This document shows, one piece after another, positions 12,045 through 25,611 of a DNA stretch of 64,000 nt. Position numbers and translations under genes: made by a program. Every line of letters starts with the position of its first letter. Position 1 is the first letter of the stretch. This stretch comes from Octopus sinensis (Eukaryota): positions 51,088,001-51,152,000 of the forward strand of contig NC_043002.1 of the NCBI RefSeq assembly GCF_006345805.1. Reading direction: 5' to 3'. The notes under the pieces were generated by a model. That model saw only the letters and a list, made by a program, of their open reading frames with translations. It was not told the DNA's origin and ran no database searches.

Positions 12045-12112
<68 letters not shown>

Positions 12113-12261
12113 CATTATATATATACATATATACATATATATATATATATACATATATATATACATATATACATATATACATATATAATATATATACATA
12201 TATATACATATATATACATATGTATATATATATGTATATATATATACATATATATATACAC

Positions 12262-12295
<34 letters not shown>

Positions 12296-12348
12296 TGTGT
12301 GTGGTGTGTGTGTGTGTTGTGTGTGTGTGTGTGTGTGTGCGTGTGTGT

Positions 12349-12465
12349 GGAGGCGCAATGGCCTAGTGGTTTGTGCAGCGGACTCGCGGTCGTAGGATCG
12401 CGGTTTCGATTCCCAGGCCGGCCGTTGTGAGTGTTTATTGAGCGAAAACGCCTAAAGCTCCACGA
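12349..12465 (+). mobile_element. SINE family C, 5' part
   Basis: GGAGGCGCAATGGCCTAGTGG...GGTTTCGATTCCC tRNA-like head; nearly identical to 17012-17125. Confidence 0.85.
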
Positions 12466-13598
12466 TATCATATATATATATAATATCATCGGTGCATTGC
12501 TGACGATTCGTGATATTAAATGTAATAGGTGCAAATATTTTTTATTAGCGAGACGAAGTTGTATGTCAAAAGAAAAGTTTTATTGATTTTAATATATTGA
12601 ATATTATAATATACCATCTATTCTTTCGAATTTAATTTCTGTCGAGCTCTTTTAAGACAATGACTTTATAAAATACCTGTTTCAGTTGACTTGTAATGTA
12701 TTCAACAATGGTAGCTGTAATTCAAAACTTTGTAATGAGCATTGGAGATTCTTGTTTTATAGATTTTACACTGAAAACTGGATAATTTATATTCTGAACG
12801 ATGCTGCTCCAAACTGTAAAAACTCCAGCCGTTACAAGCGAGCATGTATATAAATAGTTGTGACTATCTATTTCGTTCTCTTTAAGCATTATAAATATTC
12901 CAAAAATATGATGAATGTGATGGGTACGTATACTTCTTGATTTTCGAGGTGAAGTACTATTTCGAGAATTTAATCGATGATAATCTATGGAATATTAATT
13001 TATTTTCTGGGATCTTTATGTTATTTACTTTCATAGAATTCAGTTCTAAAATGTTATCTATAAACTCTGTAGTTTAATAACCAAAACCGCGAGACTTAAG
13101 TTTCTTCCTTTCCTTTTCAGGAGTCGTTCGACTTTTCTTAGTGTAATTATGTTATATTATATTACACTAGCAAACGCTCCCCTGCTGGACGGTTTGTATA
13201 GGTGAAGAGGGTTAACTTGGACGGTGTTATAGAAGTTTTAATCATCCGATGGGCAGGCCATAAGGATTACAAAAATAGCGATTCTCAGTTTGAATATATT
13301 CTTAAGTATTTTATTTAATGGAAAAGCTTGTCTTGTATTTTTGAAAAGGCACTTTCAAGTTATTTCTCTGAATATTGCGAATATGAACACAATCTATTGT
13401 CATGTTAACACACTGAATTTCATTAATCTGTAAATATTTACGATGAGATATAGAAATGCTCAATATTATATTCCATCCCATAAAAAGACTAGACATCAAA
13501 TTCTAAGAACCTCCAATCAATTATTCTTCCGTTCGACACATTACTGACATACAGGATGAGTGTGTGTGTGTGTGTATGTGTGTGTGTGTGTGTATGTA

Positions 13599-13644
<46 letters not shown>

Positions 13645-13964
13645 AATATACTTCTAACAATGGTATTAGAATGGGAATAAAATAGCCACCAGTGAAAATC
13701 CTACATTGGTGATTACCCTGCTACATATTGCAGGTCATATTACTGATCTTTAATTTTCCGCGTAAAGTCTTCAGAAAAAGAACACATTGTATAAAGTAAT
13801 CAAAGCTACGTAGCATCAGAAGGATAAAAAGAAAGGATCGGAATGCACTGTGATAATTAGTTTTTACCTCAAGCAGTAGCAAAGACAAGTTCAGAAATAT
13901 GTCATTAAACAGTTAATTTCAAATTCTGCGAGGTCTGTGGAGTAATTATATCGTTCATCTTTTA

Positions 13965-14312
13965 TTTTTTACTTGTTACAGACATCAGACTGCGGCCATG
14001 CTGACGCACAGCCCTGAGGATTGTATTTTAAGCATGGTACTTATTCTATCGGTCACATTTGTCAAACAACTAAGTTATGGGGACGTAATGACACCAACAT
14101 CAGTTCTCAAGCGGTGGTAGGGGACAAAGACAAACACAGAGACAGACAAACAGACACCACACGCACACGCACACACACACACACGCGCGCGCGCGCGTGC
14201 ACTACTCACAAATCGTTAGTCGGCCGAACACTTGCCCAAGGCGCCACGTAGAGAGACTGAACCCAGAACCATGTGGTTGGGAAACAAGCTTCCAGGTACA
14301 CAGCTACGCCTA
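13965..14312 (-). mobile_element. SINE family A, degenerate
   Basis: GACTGCGGCCATGCTG...ACTTATTCTATCGGTC...ACACTTGCCCAAGG...GAACCATGTGGTTGG. Confidence 0.8.
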
Positions 14313-15830
14313 CCCCTATGGCATGATATATCACAAGAATATATCACAAAAGTATATCACCCAATCTTATCTTTATTATCAAGGCTGGTTAAAACTTATT
14401 AGATTTTATACTAAAATAGTTACCCAGTCCTAACTCAACATTCCAGTGCTGCCTGTCACCCAGTGGCAAATATAAGTACCCTTTTATATTTTACTTCTAA
14501 CGACTGACACTGAACTAGAGAAAGTTTACAAATTGAATTTCAATTTTACTAAATTCATCGAGACATTTTTGGTATTTCGCATTAGATGGTCATGTTATGA
14601 AAGAGAAATTTTTTAGTTTGTCTTTTTATCTGTCTACTTTCTTTTTACATCAATTATCAGGATAGTATAACTACATCAATTATCAGTGCAGAAAGAAAAT
14701 ATTAATTTGAAAGATAATAAAGCACCAACAGCAAACAGCATTTATACATTGTCAGGCAAAGTCACGTTTATCATTCTCACGAGATCTCACCATTCCAACT
14801 GTTACGTGGACTATTCTCCGACTTCTGATTGGATGGACACTGTTGATTTTCGACATTATCTGATGGGGATTTCTTTATGATTAATGACTAGAATGAGTCT
14901 TTCAAGATAAAACGGTAATATATCCTTAAACAGAAAGATTTAATTCCTGCACAGATTTAAACAAATTTGCAATTAATTTTCATTTTTCAAATGTATTTAT
15001 AAAGCAAAAAAATCAACCCAACAAACTAATACAATTTTGAAATTCATCATCTGTCTTAATTAGAAAATTATACAATTATCCTTGCTTCATGAGAAATTAT
15101 ACATTTTTTCATCTATCGTTTATTATTTTTTAATATTTTATTATTTATTTTCTTTGTATCGTTCTTTAATATTTTGCTTGTTTTTCGTTTTCAAAGAAAA
15201 TCTAAACTAATCTGTTGGTTTCCAATTTCGATATCGAGTTTCCGTCTAAAGCTATGGAAATATTAATAACAGGCTTGGAAATCAACAATCAAATACAAGG
15301 GAAGTGCTGGACCCACTTGAAAGATTACACACTGCCGTGTTCGAGAACTGTGTTCGGTTCATTGGAGCTGTTCGTTAACACGAGTAAAAAAGGGGAGGCT
15401 TAACCCAATCATCATTACTCGTCTTTGAATGAAGGTAATAAAGATGACCTGACATGTTTAGTTATGCTAGACTTTTATGATATTTGTTTCATTCTGCGTG
15501 TATGTAATATGAATATGTATAGCAGTTATGTATGTAATTTTATTTAAACATATAAAGTAATAGGTACGCAAAAATCCTCACACACATAAATGCTTATACA
15601 ATATAGCCAACACCGCTATTGGAAACAACTTAATTTTGATAGAGTACTTCTAACACGTGTATTTGACAAGCTCTAAACAGTGAAAGTGCTTACATAATAT
15701 GGACCTTCTTTCCAAAACAATTCTATTATTCTGTGTTTTAAAATGTTTTATCTCTTTAATAATTATTAATTTAAGAGACTCTTTCTTCATATATATACAC
15801 AAATACACATACATATACTCATATGATAAG

Positions 15831-15885
<55 letters not shown>

Positions 15886-16710
15886 GTATACACACACACA
15901 CACACACATATATACATGCGTATCTGTTTGCATATAGAGGTGTACACATGTATGCATGTATGTGTGCCTGTTTGTGTGTGTGTATGTGAGTGTGTGTTTG
16001 TGTGATGGTGTGTGTAAACGTATTGATACCATGGAATAAATTATTATGAGTAGTAACCTTGATAAAATGTGCATCATTGTATAATATCAAATTATAATCT
16101 ATATCGGAGAGAACATTTCAAATGAACTCTCTATGTCCTTAAGTGTTCTTCGGGATGGAACAACAATCAGATCGAAACACTTTGTCTGATGATCTGCCGA
16201 CTACATTTTAAGAAACTTCCGTTTTTCATTACTTTTCTTTCTTTTTTTTTTACACTTAACACAGAACTCTCTAAGATAAAATAATTCAGAAAGGACTGTT
16301 CTACACTTCTATGTGCAGCAAAACAGTGTTGCACTCATCATTATATATATATATATAAGCATACAAACGAACGCACACGCACACGCACACAGACACACAC
16401 ACCCACACACACAAATGCACACGCACACACACATGCAAAAACACACACACACACATGCAAAAACACACACACACGCACACACACAGACATACACACTCAC
16501 AAATGCACATGCACACACACACACATATACACATGTATAACGTACTTTCCAATTTCAGTTTACACAATATTTCAGAGGCGCTATGTTGCAAGTCCATCGC
16601 TAAAGTCGTCGCATTTTCAAGTCGATCTAGAACCCATATCGTTGTGAGACATTCTTCATAACTACGTTGCCACGTCTATACATAGCTAGCTAGACAGACA
16701 AACAGGCAGG

Positions 16711-16720
16711 TAGATAGATT

Positions 16721-16818
<98 letters not shown>
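16711..16818. repeat. (GATA)n microsatellite
   Basis: Direct reading. Confidence 0.95.
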
Positions 16819-17011
16819 CATACAACTAAATGTCAGAACTTCGTTTGTAGTTCAGTACTTGAATGTCCAACTTAATAGCTGCGATCATGTAGTTTTCAGC
16901 TTTCACGTTTACAATTCAATTAGATTGGACTCATAGAAATTATAGCTAATGAAGCAGTCTTATATATGTAATAAGAGTCATATATAAAGAAAGCTTAATA
17001 ATATATAAAGT

Positions 17012-17310
17012 GGAGGCGCAATGGCCCTGTGGTTCGGGCAGCGGACTCGCGGTCGGAGGATCGCGGTTTCGATTCCCAGGGCGTTGTGTGTGTTTATTGA
17101 GCGAAAACATCTAAAAGCTCCACGAGGCTCCGGCAGGGGGTGGTGGCGAACCCTGTTGTACCCTTTCGCCACAACTTTCTCTCACTCTCTCTTCCTGTTT
17201 CTTGAGTAACGCTGCGATGGACTGTCGTCCCGTCCAGCTAGGGGGAACGCATACGCCACAGAAACCGGGAAACCGGGCTTATGAGCCTGGCTAGGCTTGG
17301 AAAGGGCGAC
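17012..17310 (+). mobile_element. SINE family C, near full-length
   Basis: tRNA-like head as at 12349, followed by CTCCACGAGGCTCCGGCAGGGGG...GAAACCGGGAAACCGGG...AAAGGGCG. Confidence 0.85.
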
Positions 17311-18193
17311 GTTTTATCGTAATAATATATAAAATAAAATTATAAATAAATTTTTAAACTGCATGGCTATCTTTAAGTTGCTATGTCTTAACCACTTTCG
17401 AATTGTACTGGCACTCCGCCGGTTACAGCGACGAGGGTTTCAATTGATCCAATCAACGAAACAGCCTGCTCGTGAAATTAACGTGTCGGTGGCTGAGAAC
17501 TCCAATGGCACGCGAACACTTAACCTAGTATTCATGGAGATTCAGCATAACACAGGATGTGACAATACTGGCCCTTTCGTATGCAGGTACAACTCATTTC
17601 TGCCAGTTGAGTGAACTGGGACAACGAGAAATTAAGTGTCTTTCTCAACAAAACAACGCGCCGTTGGGAGTCGAACTCACGATCTTATACCCTAACCACC
17701 AATACCCTAGCCACCGAACCGTATACCCTAACCATCAAGCCACATGTCCCTCGACTTGGTACAACTACATTATCTGAACAACTGACTGTACACATACAAT
17801 TCGGAGATATTACAATAATATATATCTCGCCAAATAGCATAAACCTAGATTTAAAAAAGTAACTCCTCAAAATGCTACTATGTAACACAGCGTGTATAAC
17901 AAGAAGATTAGTCTTAGAAACTATTAAACCAAAATTAACGCAGTTTATTTTAGTAATGTAACGATGCTTAAGCATTTCCTAAATTTTGAAAGGAGCTTGT
18001 TAGATATTTTGGAATTCCGTAATAGTGAAAGAGATGCAAGAAGATTGAGATGATCTTGTTTTGTTATGCTCGAAGCTAAAAGATTTATAAGAGAATTGAT
18101 AGTTAGAAGCGCATTGAAAACCATTGCATGAAAAAAAATATTAAGACTAGTAAAATCTATAAATGCAGTTGTGAGGAAGCTATTTAGGGAAAG

Positions 18194-18750
18194 GCGGCGA
18201 GCTGTCAGAAACGTTAGCAAGCCGGGCGAAATGCTCAGCGGTATTTCGTCTGCCGCTACGTTTTGAGGTCGACTTTGCCTTTCATCCTTTCGGGGTCGAT
18301 TAAATAAGTACCAGTTACGCACTGGGGTCGATATAATCGACTTAATCCGTTTGTCTGTCCTTGTTTGTTCCCTCTGTGTTTAGCCCCTTGTGGGTAGTAA
18401 AGAAATAGGTATTTCGTCTGCCGTTACGTTTTGAGTTCAAATTCGCTGATGCCGACTTCGCCTTTCACCCTTTCGGGGTCGATTAAATAAGTACCAGTTA
18501 CGCACTGGGGTCGATATAATCGACTTAATCCGTTTGTCTGTCCTTGTTTGTTCCCTCTGTGTTTAGCCCCTTGTGGGTAGTAAAGAAATAGGTATTTCGT
18601 CTGCCGTTACGTTTTGAGTTCAAATTCGCTGATGCCGACTTCGCCTTTCACCCTTTCGGGGTCGATAAATTAAGTACCACTTGCATACTGGGATCGATCT
18701 AATCGTCTGGCCTCCTCCCCCAAAATTTCAGGGCTTGTAATCAATGTAGA
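18194..18750 (+). mobile_element. Family-B SINE composite with 183-bp internal tandem units carrying tail M
   Basis: The junction GTAGTAAAGAAATA|GGTATTTCGTC occurs at 18407/18408 and 18590/18591. The start of the 18408-18590 unit is repeated almost exactly at 18591-18670. Confidence 0.9.
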
Positions 18751-18983
18751 AAAGAACATAATAGTATAAACTGATCTAAAACATAGACTTGTTATAATTA
18801 CATAAACACACCAACCTAACACACAGTAAAGTAATCGAACCTTACGATCATAAGCACAACACTATAATCACTAAGCAACGTAGCATCGCGTATATGTGTG
18901 TGTATGTACGATCGTGTGTGCGTGCCTGCGTGTGTATGTGTATCTATGCGTGCTTATCTATATGTGTTTATCCTTCCACCACC

Positions 18984-18984
<1 letters not shown>

Positions 18985-19014
<30 letters not shown>

Positions 19015-19140
19015 TGTATATATGTATGTATGTATGCATGCATGCATGCATGCATGTATGTATGTATGTATGTATGTATGTATGCATGCATGCATGTATG
19101 TATGTATGTATGTATGTATGTATGTATGTATGTATGTATG
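18985..19140. repeat. (TATG)/(CATG) tetranucleotide microsatellite
   Basis: Direct reading. Confidence 0.95.
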
Positions 19141-19312
19141 TCATGATAGATCGGTAGCCACTACACATATTTTCTCTCTCCTCGTTTCTCTCCTTGTTTT
19201 TTCGGTGTCCCTTTCTGTAGAAGAGCGTAGGCTCGAAACGTAGTAGACTTTTTCAATTCCTGAGCGTTATACTAATACCCTTCGTCTTTGTTTTTTTTCG
19301 TAAACTCTCCTA
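19141..19312 (+). mobile_element. ~180-bp interspersed element (putative Penelope pseudo-LTR) with variant minimal hammerhead motif
   Basis: CATGATAGATCG.TAGCCACTA...CTTTCTGTAGAAGAGCGTAGGCTCGAAACGTA...GTAAACTCTCC; second copy at 23097-23282. Confidence 0.6.
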
Positions 19313-20075
19313 TATATATATATTGTGTCATATCGACTTTGTTCCACGTTTGCATTCGTTTTCTCTTTAAGAATTCGCTAAACAATTTATTGTTAGGTAA
19401 TCAGACAAATGGGTATTTCCTTTCATCTGTTATCATCATGAAATCATATCAACAATTTCAAGCTTGCAGTGTAAATTTGAACGAAAACAATGGAATACAT
19501 GAGATGTGACAAGACCAAGAAGTAAGCATTTGATTTTAAACGCTGCTGAACCTCTTTGTTTCAGAAACCTGAAGTGTTTGGAGAGACGTGTAGAAAATCT
19601 TGTATGGATATATTGCTAAAAGCAAATTTTAAAGTGAGTCTCAACCAGTCATATGCAAGTTCTCTTGATGTATGTGTGTGCGCAGGTTTACGTGAGTAGC
19701 TGTGATATCAAAAAGTCTGATCCGCTACCATTTACTTCCACTGTTGGTCACCTCACTCGCAACTTGGTCGCGTGTCTGCTACTGTTGCTCTTGGTTGACC
19801 ATGTCTTGCCATTAGAAGTTGACAGAATATCGGGAATTTGAGAATGAATGAGGTTGTTCACGTTTAAAGAAATATATCCTACTATCAACAACAAAAAACA
19901 CTACTAATTATTGCATTTTGCACTTCATTCTCTTACCTCTTATATCTGTCACATGCCAGTATGGTGATATGCAAGCACGTGAAAATACACGCAAACAAGG
20001 TATTCTTCAATTGTTTATTTATATCTTCGGTTTCCTGTTCTAGAATCAAAATTACATGTTATACGTTTTGATAGT

Positions 20076-20236
20076 GGGCACAGGCGTGGGTGTCTTGTAA
20101 GAAGTTTGCTTCCTAACCACATGGTCCCGGGTTCAGTCCCACTACGTGGCATCTTGAGTAAGTGTCTTCTACTATAGTATTGGGCCGACCAAAGTCTTGT
20201 GAGTGAATTTGATAGACGGAAACTGAAAGAAGACCA

Positions 20237-20306
<70 letters not shown>

Positions 20307-20508
20307 ATTTATGTGTGAGTCTTTGTTTGTATCTTTGTGTCTCTGTTTGTTCCCCAGCACCGCTTGACAATCGGTGTTGGTTTGTTTACGTCCCTGATAG
20401 AATAAGTAGCAGGCTTATTAAAAAGAAAGAGAAGGCTCGATTCGATCGGCTAAAACCTCTTTAAAGCGGTGCCCCAGCATGACCGCCTTCATGACTGAAG
20501 CAAATAAA
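20076..20508 (+). mobile_element. SINE family A, degenerate, plus strand
   Basis: GGCACAGGCGTGG...GGGTTCAGTCCCAC...GACGGAAACTGAAAGAAG-(TA/TG)n-...GCGGTGCCCCAGCATG...GACTGAAGCAAATAAA. Confidence 0.85.
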
Positions 20509-21387
20509 TCATAATGAAGATAAAAATTAAAAATATAAATTTACTTTGTTTAATGTCTATTAATTTGCTGTTATCTGTCTAGATTATCTCAAAATTTAAT
20601 TTCAGATTTATTCCTTGCTATAAATCGGATATAAGACATTTTAGTATGTAGATTTATGCTAAAAGGTGGTGCGTGTATTCAATAAAGAATGTATTCAAAG
20701 AATGTAAGCATCCATACATAAAAGGATTTCCAGATTAATTTGGGACGCTAATAACTTATATCGACGACATATTCGAAGGGTCGCCGACACTTTATTACTG
20801 AATTCAGAATTTTTATAGAAAATCGCTGGTTGCAATTTCGGTAGTTCAACGGAGTAGTTGCTAAACTTTTGGCAAATCATCTCATATTTATAGATGCTTC
20901 TGATTATAGGCTTTGAAGCTCTGATAACGCAAATAGAGTGATGAAGCTTCTACTGGATTACTGGATCTTCATCAAAAGCAAACTATATTAGGATTATTAG
21001 ATTCATACATTGAAGTAAGCTTCATGGAATTATTTTTTAAAGTCTTGGTCATGTACATATATATTACAGAGTATCTGAGGATGAATGTAGGTAGTTAAAG
21101 GCAAAATTAAGAGATCAAAAGTTTGTCAAGAGATCACTTAATTTATCACTGATGAACACCTCTGTGATCCTCCTTCGTAAGATCCTTAATACAATCAAAC
21201 TATATACCTAGCACTCAAAACCTATCTCCATCTCTGCAGCAAAATGCCATAAAATGTACACTTAAATCTCAAATAAAAGGCACATTGCATCATCATGGGT
21301 CCTGATACATACATGCATACATAATACAATATATATATATATATATATATTATATATCTATATATAATATATATATATATATAACCC

Positions 21388-22855
21388 AAGCAATAAGGGT
21401 TCAGCAACGAATTGCCTTACCACAACCGAATTTAGAAATAGCAGTCAAAGGGTTATAGCTATTTCTTCTATACTAAAAAGGGAGATCTCAGTAAAAACAG
21501 CAATTGGAAGCTGACACAAACAGGTAAGAGAAAATGAATTAACCGCAATCTATCAAACATTTTTAAAGTTATCCACGGCTGACGTTTCGAAATCAAGTTT
21601 TAGGAAGCATAAGAATTAAAATATTAAATATTAAATAATTCTATCTTACCGAAACTTCTTTTATCTCAGTAGATGACCACAGCATCTTGTTTTGGCTACA
21701 CGCGGGTGGAAGGGGCTGTTGACACAATCGTTTCATTCACAAATTTGAATTCGGTGATACTAGTTGAGGATTCTATCTCGCTCTGATACTGAGTGAGGTT
21801 GGTACCTCCTCTCACAACACTCCTAGTATCTCAAAATTCATATATAATCATTTATGATTATAGTAATCCCACCTGAAGAGAAAGAGTTTCGGTAAGATAT
21901 AATTATTTAATATTTAATATTTTAATTCTTTGCTTTCCTAAAACTTGATTTCGAAACGTACGTCCGTGGATAACTTTAAAAATGTTTGATAGATTGCGGT
22001 TAATTCATTCTCTCTTACCTGTTTGTCAGCCTTCCAATTGCTGTTTTTACTGAGATCTCCCTTTTTAGTAGAAGAAATAGCTATAACCCTTTGACTGCTA
22101 TTTCTAAATTCGGTATGTGTTAAGGCAATTCGTTGCTGAACCCTTATTGCTTAGTATTACTTAAATTTTCCTCAAATGAGGCTTTTACATGCCGAAGACT
22201 ACTTGGTGTAATTGATAATTATTCCAAATTATTAATTTCACCCTTCATTATTACGGATAACCATATTTTCTCAGTAGATGACCACAGCATCTTGTTTTGG
22301 CTACACGCGGGTGGGAGGGGCTGTTGACACAATCGTTTCATTCACAAATTTGAATTCGGTGATACTAGTTGAGGATTCTAGCTCGCTCTGATACTGAGTT
22401 GAGTTGGTACCTCCTAGTATCTCAAAATTCAATATATAATCATTTATGATTATAGTATTCCACGCTGAAGAGAAAGAAGTTTCGGTAAGATAGAATTATT
22501 TAATATTTAATATTTTAATTCTTATGCTTTCCTAAAACTTGATTTCGAAACGTACGTCCGTGGATAACTTTAAAAATGTTTGATAGATTGCGGTTAATTC
22601 ATTCTCTCTTACCTGTTTGTGTCAGCCTTCCAATTGCTGTTTTTACTGAGATCTCCCTTTTTAGTAGAAGAAATAGCTATAACCCTTTGACTGCTATTTC
22701 TAAATTCGGTATGTGGTAAGGCAATTCGTTGCTGAACCCTTATTGCTTAGTATTACTTAAATTTTCCTCAAATGAGGCTTTTACATGCCGAAGACTACTT
22801 GGTGTAATTGATAATTATTCCAAATTAATTAATTTCACCCTTCATTATTACGGAT
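21388..22855 (+). mobile_element. 605-bp tandem repeat (~2 units) preceded by an inverted partial copy; Penelope pseudo-LTR / retrozyme-like, one predicted hammerhead per unit
   Basis: CTCAGTAGATGACCACAGC at 21665 and 22270. Segment 21388-21661 is the reverse complement of about 21881-22152. (TA)n lies on both flanks. CTGAAGA-GAAA...TTTC-GAAA-CGTA occurs at 21873-21960 and 22465-22554. The repeat structure is certain; the family assignment is inferred. Confidence 0.7.
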
Positions 22856-22995
22856 TATATATATATACATATATATATATACATACAAACACACACACAC
22901 ACTCAAACAAACACATACACATATATATGTATATTATGTATATATATATGTATATGTATATATATATATGTATATATATATACATATATATATAC

Positions 22996-23077
<82 letters not shown>

Positions 23078-23096
23078 CCCTTCTGTCCGAAGTCAG

Positions 23097-23282
23097 TCGC
23101 CATGATAGATCGTTAGCCACTATACACATTTTTCTCTCCTGTTTTTTCTGTGTCCCTTTCTGTAGAAGAGCGTAGGCTCGAAACGTAAAGACTTTTCCTA
23201 TTCCTGAGTGTTATACTAATACATCTGTTTGTTTGTACACCACCTATTTTCGTCTTTTGTTTTTTTTCGTAAACTCTCCCTA
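23097..23282 (+). mobile_element. Second copy of the ~180-bp element with variant minimal hammerhead motif
   Basis: CTTT-CTGTAGA-A-GAGC-GTAG-GCTC-GAAA-CGTA-AAG at 23156-23190; lies between (TG)n-rich and (TA)n tracts. Confidence 0.6.
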
Positions 23283-23285
23283 TAT

Positions 23286-23335
<50 letters not shown>

Positions 23336-23730
23336 TATATCACAGACCCTTCCAAAGTATTATGCTATTATTCTAGCACAAAAGCATAGGCAATGAAGAC
23401 AGTCGGGCAAACAAATAATACAAGCAACAAAACTACATAAAACCATGGAAACTTTAAACAGTTTCAATCTTACTAGTGTGAAGGAGAACTTAGAGTAACG
23501 CGACCCCATGATATAAACTATGCACTGATAAGAAGCACGTCAGACATATTTTTGATTTATCAGTTGCATAACGGATATCACTCTGATATTGACACCTACG
23601 CAGTACCGTTCAATCCGGCTGTGTCAACAGCATTAAAAAGAAACCCCTCCCCAAATCCCAAACAAGCTAATTAAGGGATTAAATGCCTTGAATATAATGC
23701 TGTTGTTGTTGTTATTGTTGTTTAGTTCTT

Positions 23731-24066
23731 GTGAAGGTACATGGCTCAGTGGTTAGAGAGTCGATCTTACGATCATGAGGTTGTAAGTTCGATTTCCGGA
23801 CCGAGCTGCGTGCGGTGTTCTTGAACAAGACGCTTTATTTCACGTTGCTCCAGTTCACTCAGCTGTAGAAGTGTGTTGCAACATCACTGGTGCCAAGCTG
23901 TGTCGGCTTTTGCCTTTCCCTTGAATAACATCAGTGGCGTGGAGAGGGGAGTCTGGTATACATAGGCAACTGCTGGTCTTCCATAAACTACCTTGCCCGG
24001 ACTTGTGCCTCTGAGGGTAACTTTCAAGGTGCAATCCCATGGTCATTTATGACCGAAGGGGGTCTC
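23731..24066 (+). mobile_element. SINE family D, full-length
   Basis: tRNA-like head GTGAAGGTACATGGCTCAGTGGTTAGAG...GTTCGATTTCC; homologous to 2000-2290 and 62805-62948. Confidence 0.85.
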
Positions 24067-24902
24067 CTCCTGTTTAGCTCTTGGTCAGTGTTGACAAAGC
24101 AACGATTTGAATCATATTCATGTAAAGACATTTCAGTGACATTCACCTATAGAGCAAAACTGTGATTTTGCTCTAATGTGATATTGTTTTTAAAATATAG
24201 AGCATGATTCCAATGAGATCTGACCGCTGTTTTTAACAACGCAACGAACCACTTAGAGAATTTGGTACAAAGTATTATATTTCTCATTAAAGCAAAACTT
24301 CTCGGGGCTTAATTCATCAATGGATATCTCAAAAATAGCAGGAAAGATTAACGAAAGGATTATATGCTACAAATACTTATTCCGCAGACAAACTAGGTAA
24401 TACCATTCCACAACAATGAATTGTATCAATAGGCAAGTTTAATTAACAATAAATCGATGTGTTATTTTTAAAGAATTCTCATATTTAAGTATGCATACAG
24501 TTTTAAATACATACAAAGTTATGTATCGCAGGTAGACATTGTAATTGTCAGAGATTGGTATGTGAATATATCTATTTAAATTCAATTTCTTGCTCGAGGG
24601 AAAATTCCACAGACAAAAGCTAATGCACAGATATACAAGCACACATATGTAACATACAAATACATACATATAACTATCGATAGATACATGTGAATATTTG
24701 CGTGTGTTGGGATGTGGGTGTGTGTATAGGCATAAACACATATAGGCAGTTAGTCTATGTTTTCTTAAATTTAAAAGAAAATAAACAGAAAAATGATGTC
24801 TAGTCATCAGCAGAAATACATCACACACAAAAAAGCAGCAGGTATATATTACAATAAGCATCTTTCACTCTTCTCTATTATCTCGCTTTCTCTCTCTCTC
24901 TG

Positions 24903-24959
<57 letters not shown>

Positions 24960-25499
24960 ATTCTTACTTTCCCCATGCCTTTTCCACGTGTAGTTTTCTA
25001 TTTAATTTTTGAAATATATTACTGTTATATATATATATATATATGTTCAAATTGTAATCTTAATTACACACCAACACTATTTCTGTTTCTCTCGCTCTTT
25101 CGCTCCCCAAACATTTAATATAGTTGCTTTATAAACATTTTTCAGTATATATAACATATTTGTAACGAATAACAATTTTTCTAGTAAAGCATTTATTCGG
25201 TTCACCTGCAGAAGCGAGTTAAAACAAAAGAAAAGAAAGAAAAACAAGCTTATATATGTGCAGGGTATGTTGCAATGGCTATGGCACTCATAATGACTAA
25301 GTTTTAGAATGTTTACATCCATGCGTGGTGTGTGTGTCTGTGTATGAGGTATTTGGAAGATGATTGGCGGAATATATCTGGTGGAGGTGTGGGTTTTAAG
25401 GGCGTTAGCAGTGGATGATGGGTGATGGCTAGTTACACTTCATTGTGTTTCTTTGTATATGTATGTATGTATGTATGTTATATATAAGTATGTGTATAA

Positions 25500-25550
<51 letters not shown>

Positions 25551-25575
25551 TATATGTATGTATGTATGTGTGGTA

Positions 25576-25611
<36 letters not shown>

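Noticed and set aside
12480-13140. Non-repetitive AT-rich block as degenerate Helitron or viral coding DNA
   Set aside because: All frames have many stops and no convincing motif; tblastx would be needed.
16168-16196. CAGATC-GAAA-CACTTTGT-CTGATGA-TCTG as a type II hammerhead
   Set aside because: Only 8 nt lie between GAAA and CTGATGA, too few for stem III, the cleavage triplet and stem I; the stem II pairing would also consume core bases.
20640-21200. Possible decayed transposase
   Set aside because: No recognisable catalytic motif in any frame I translated.
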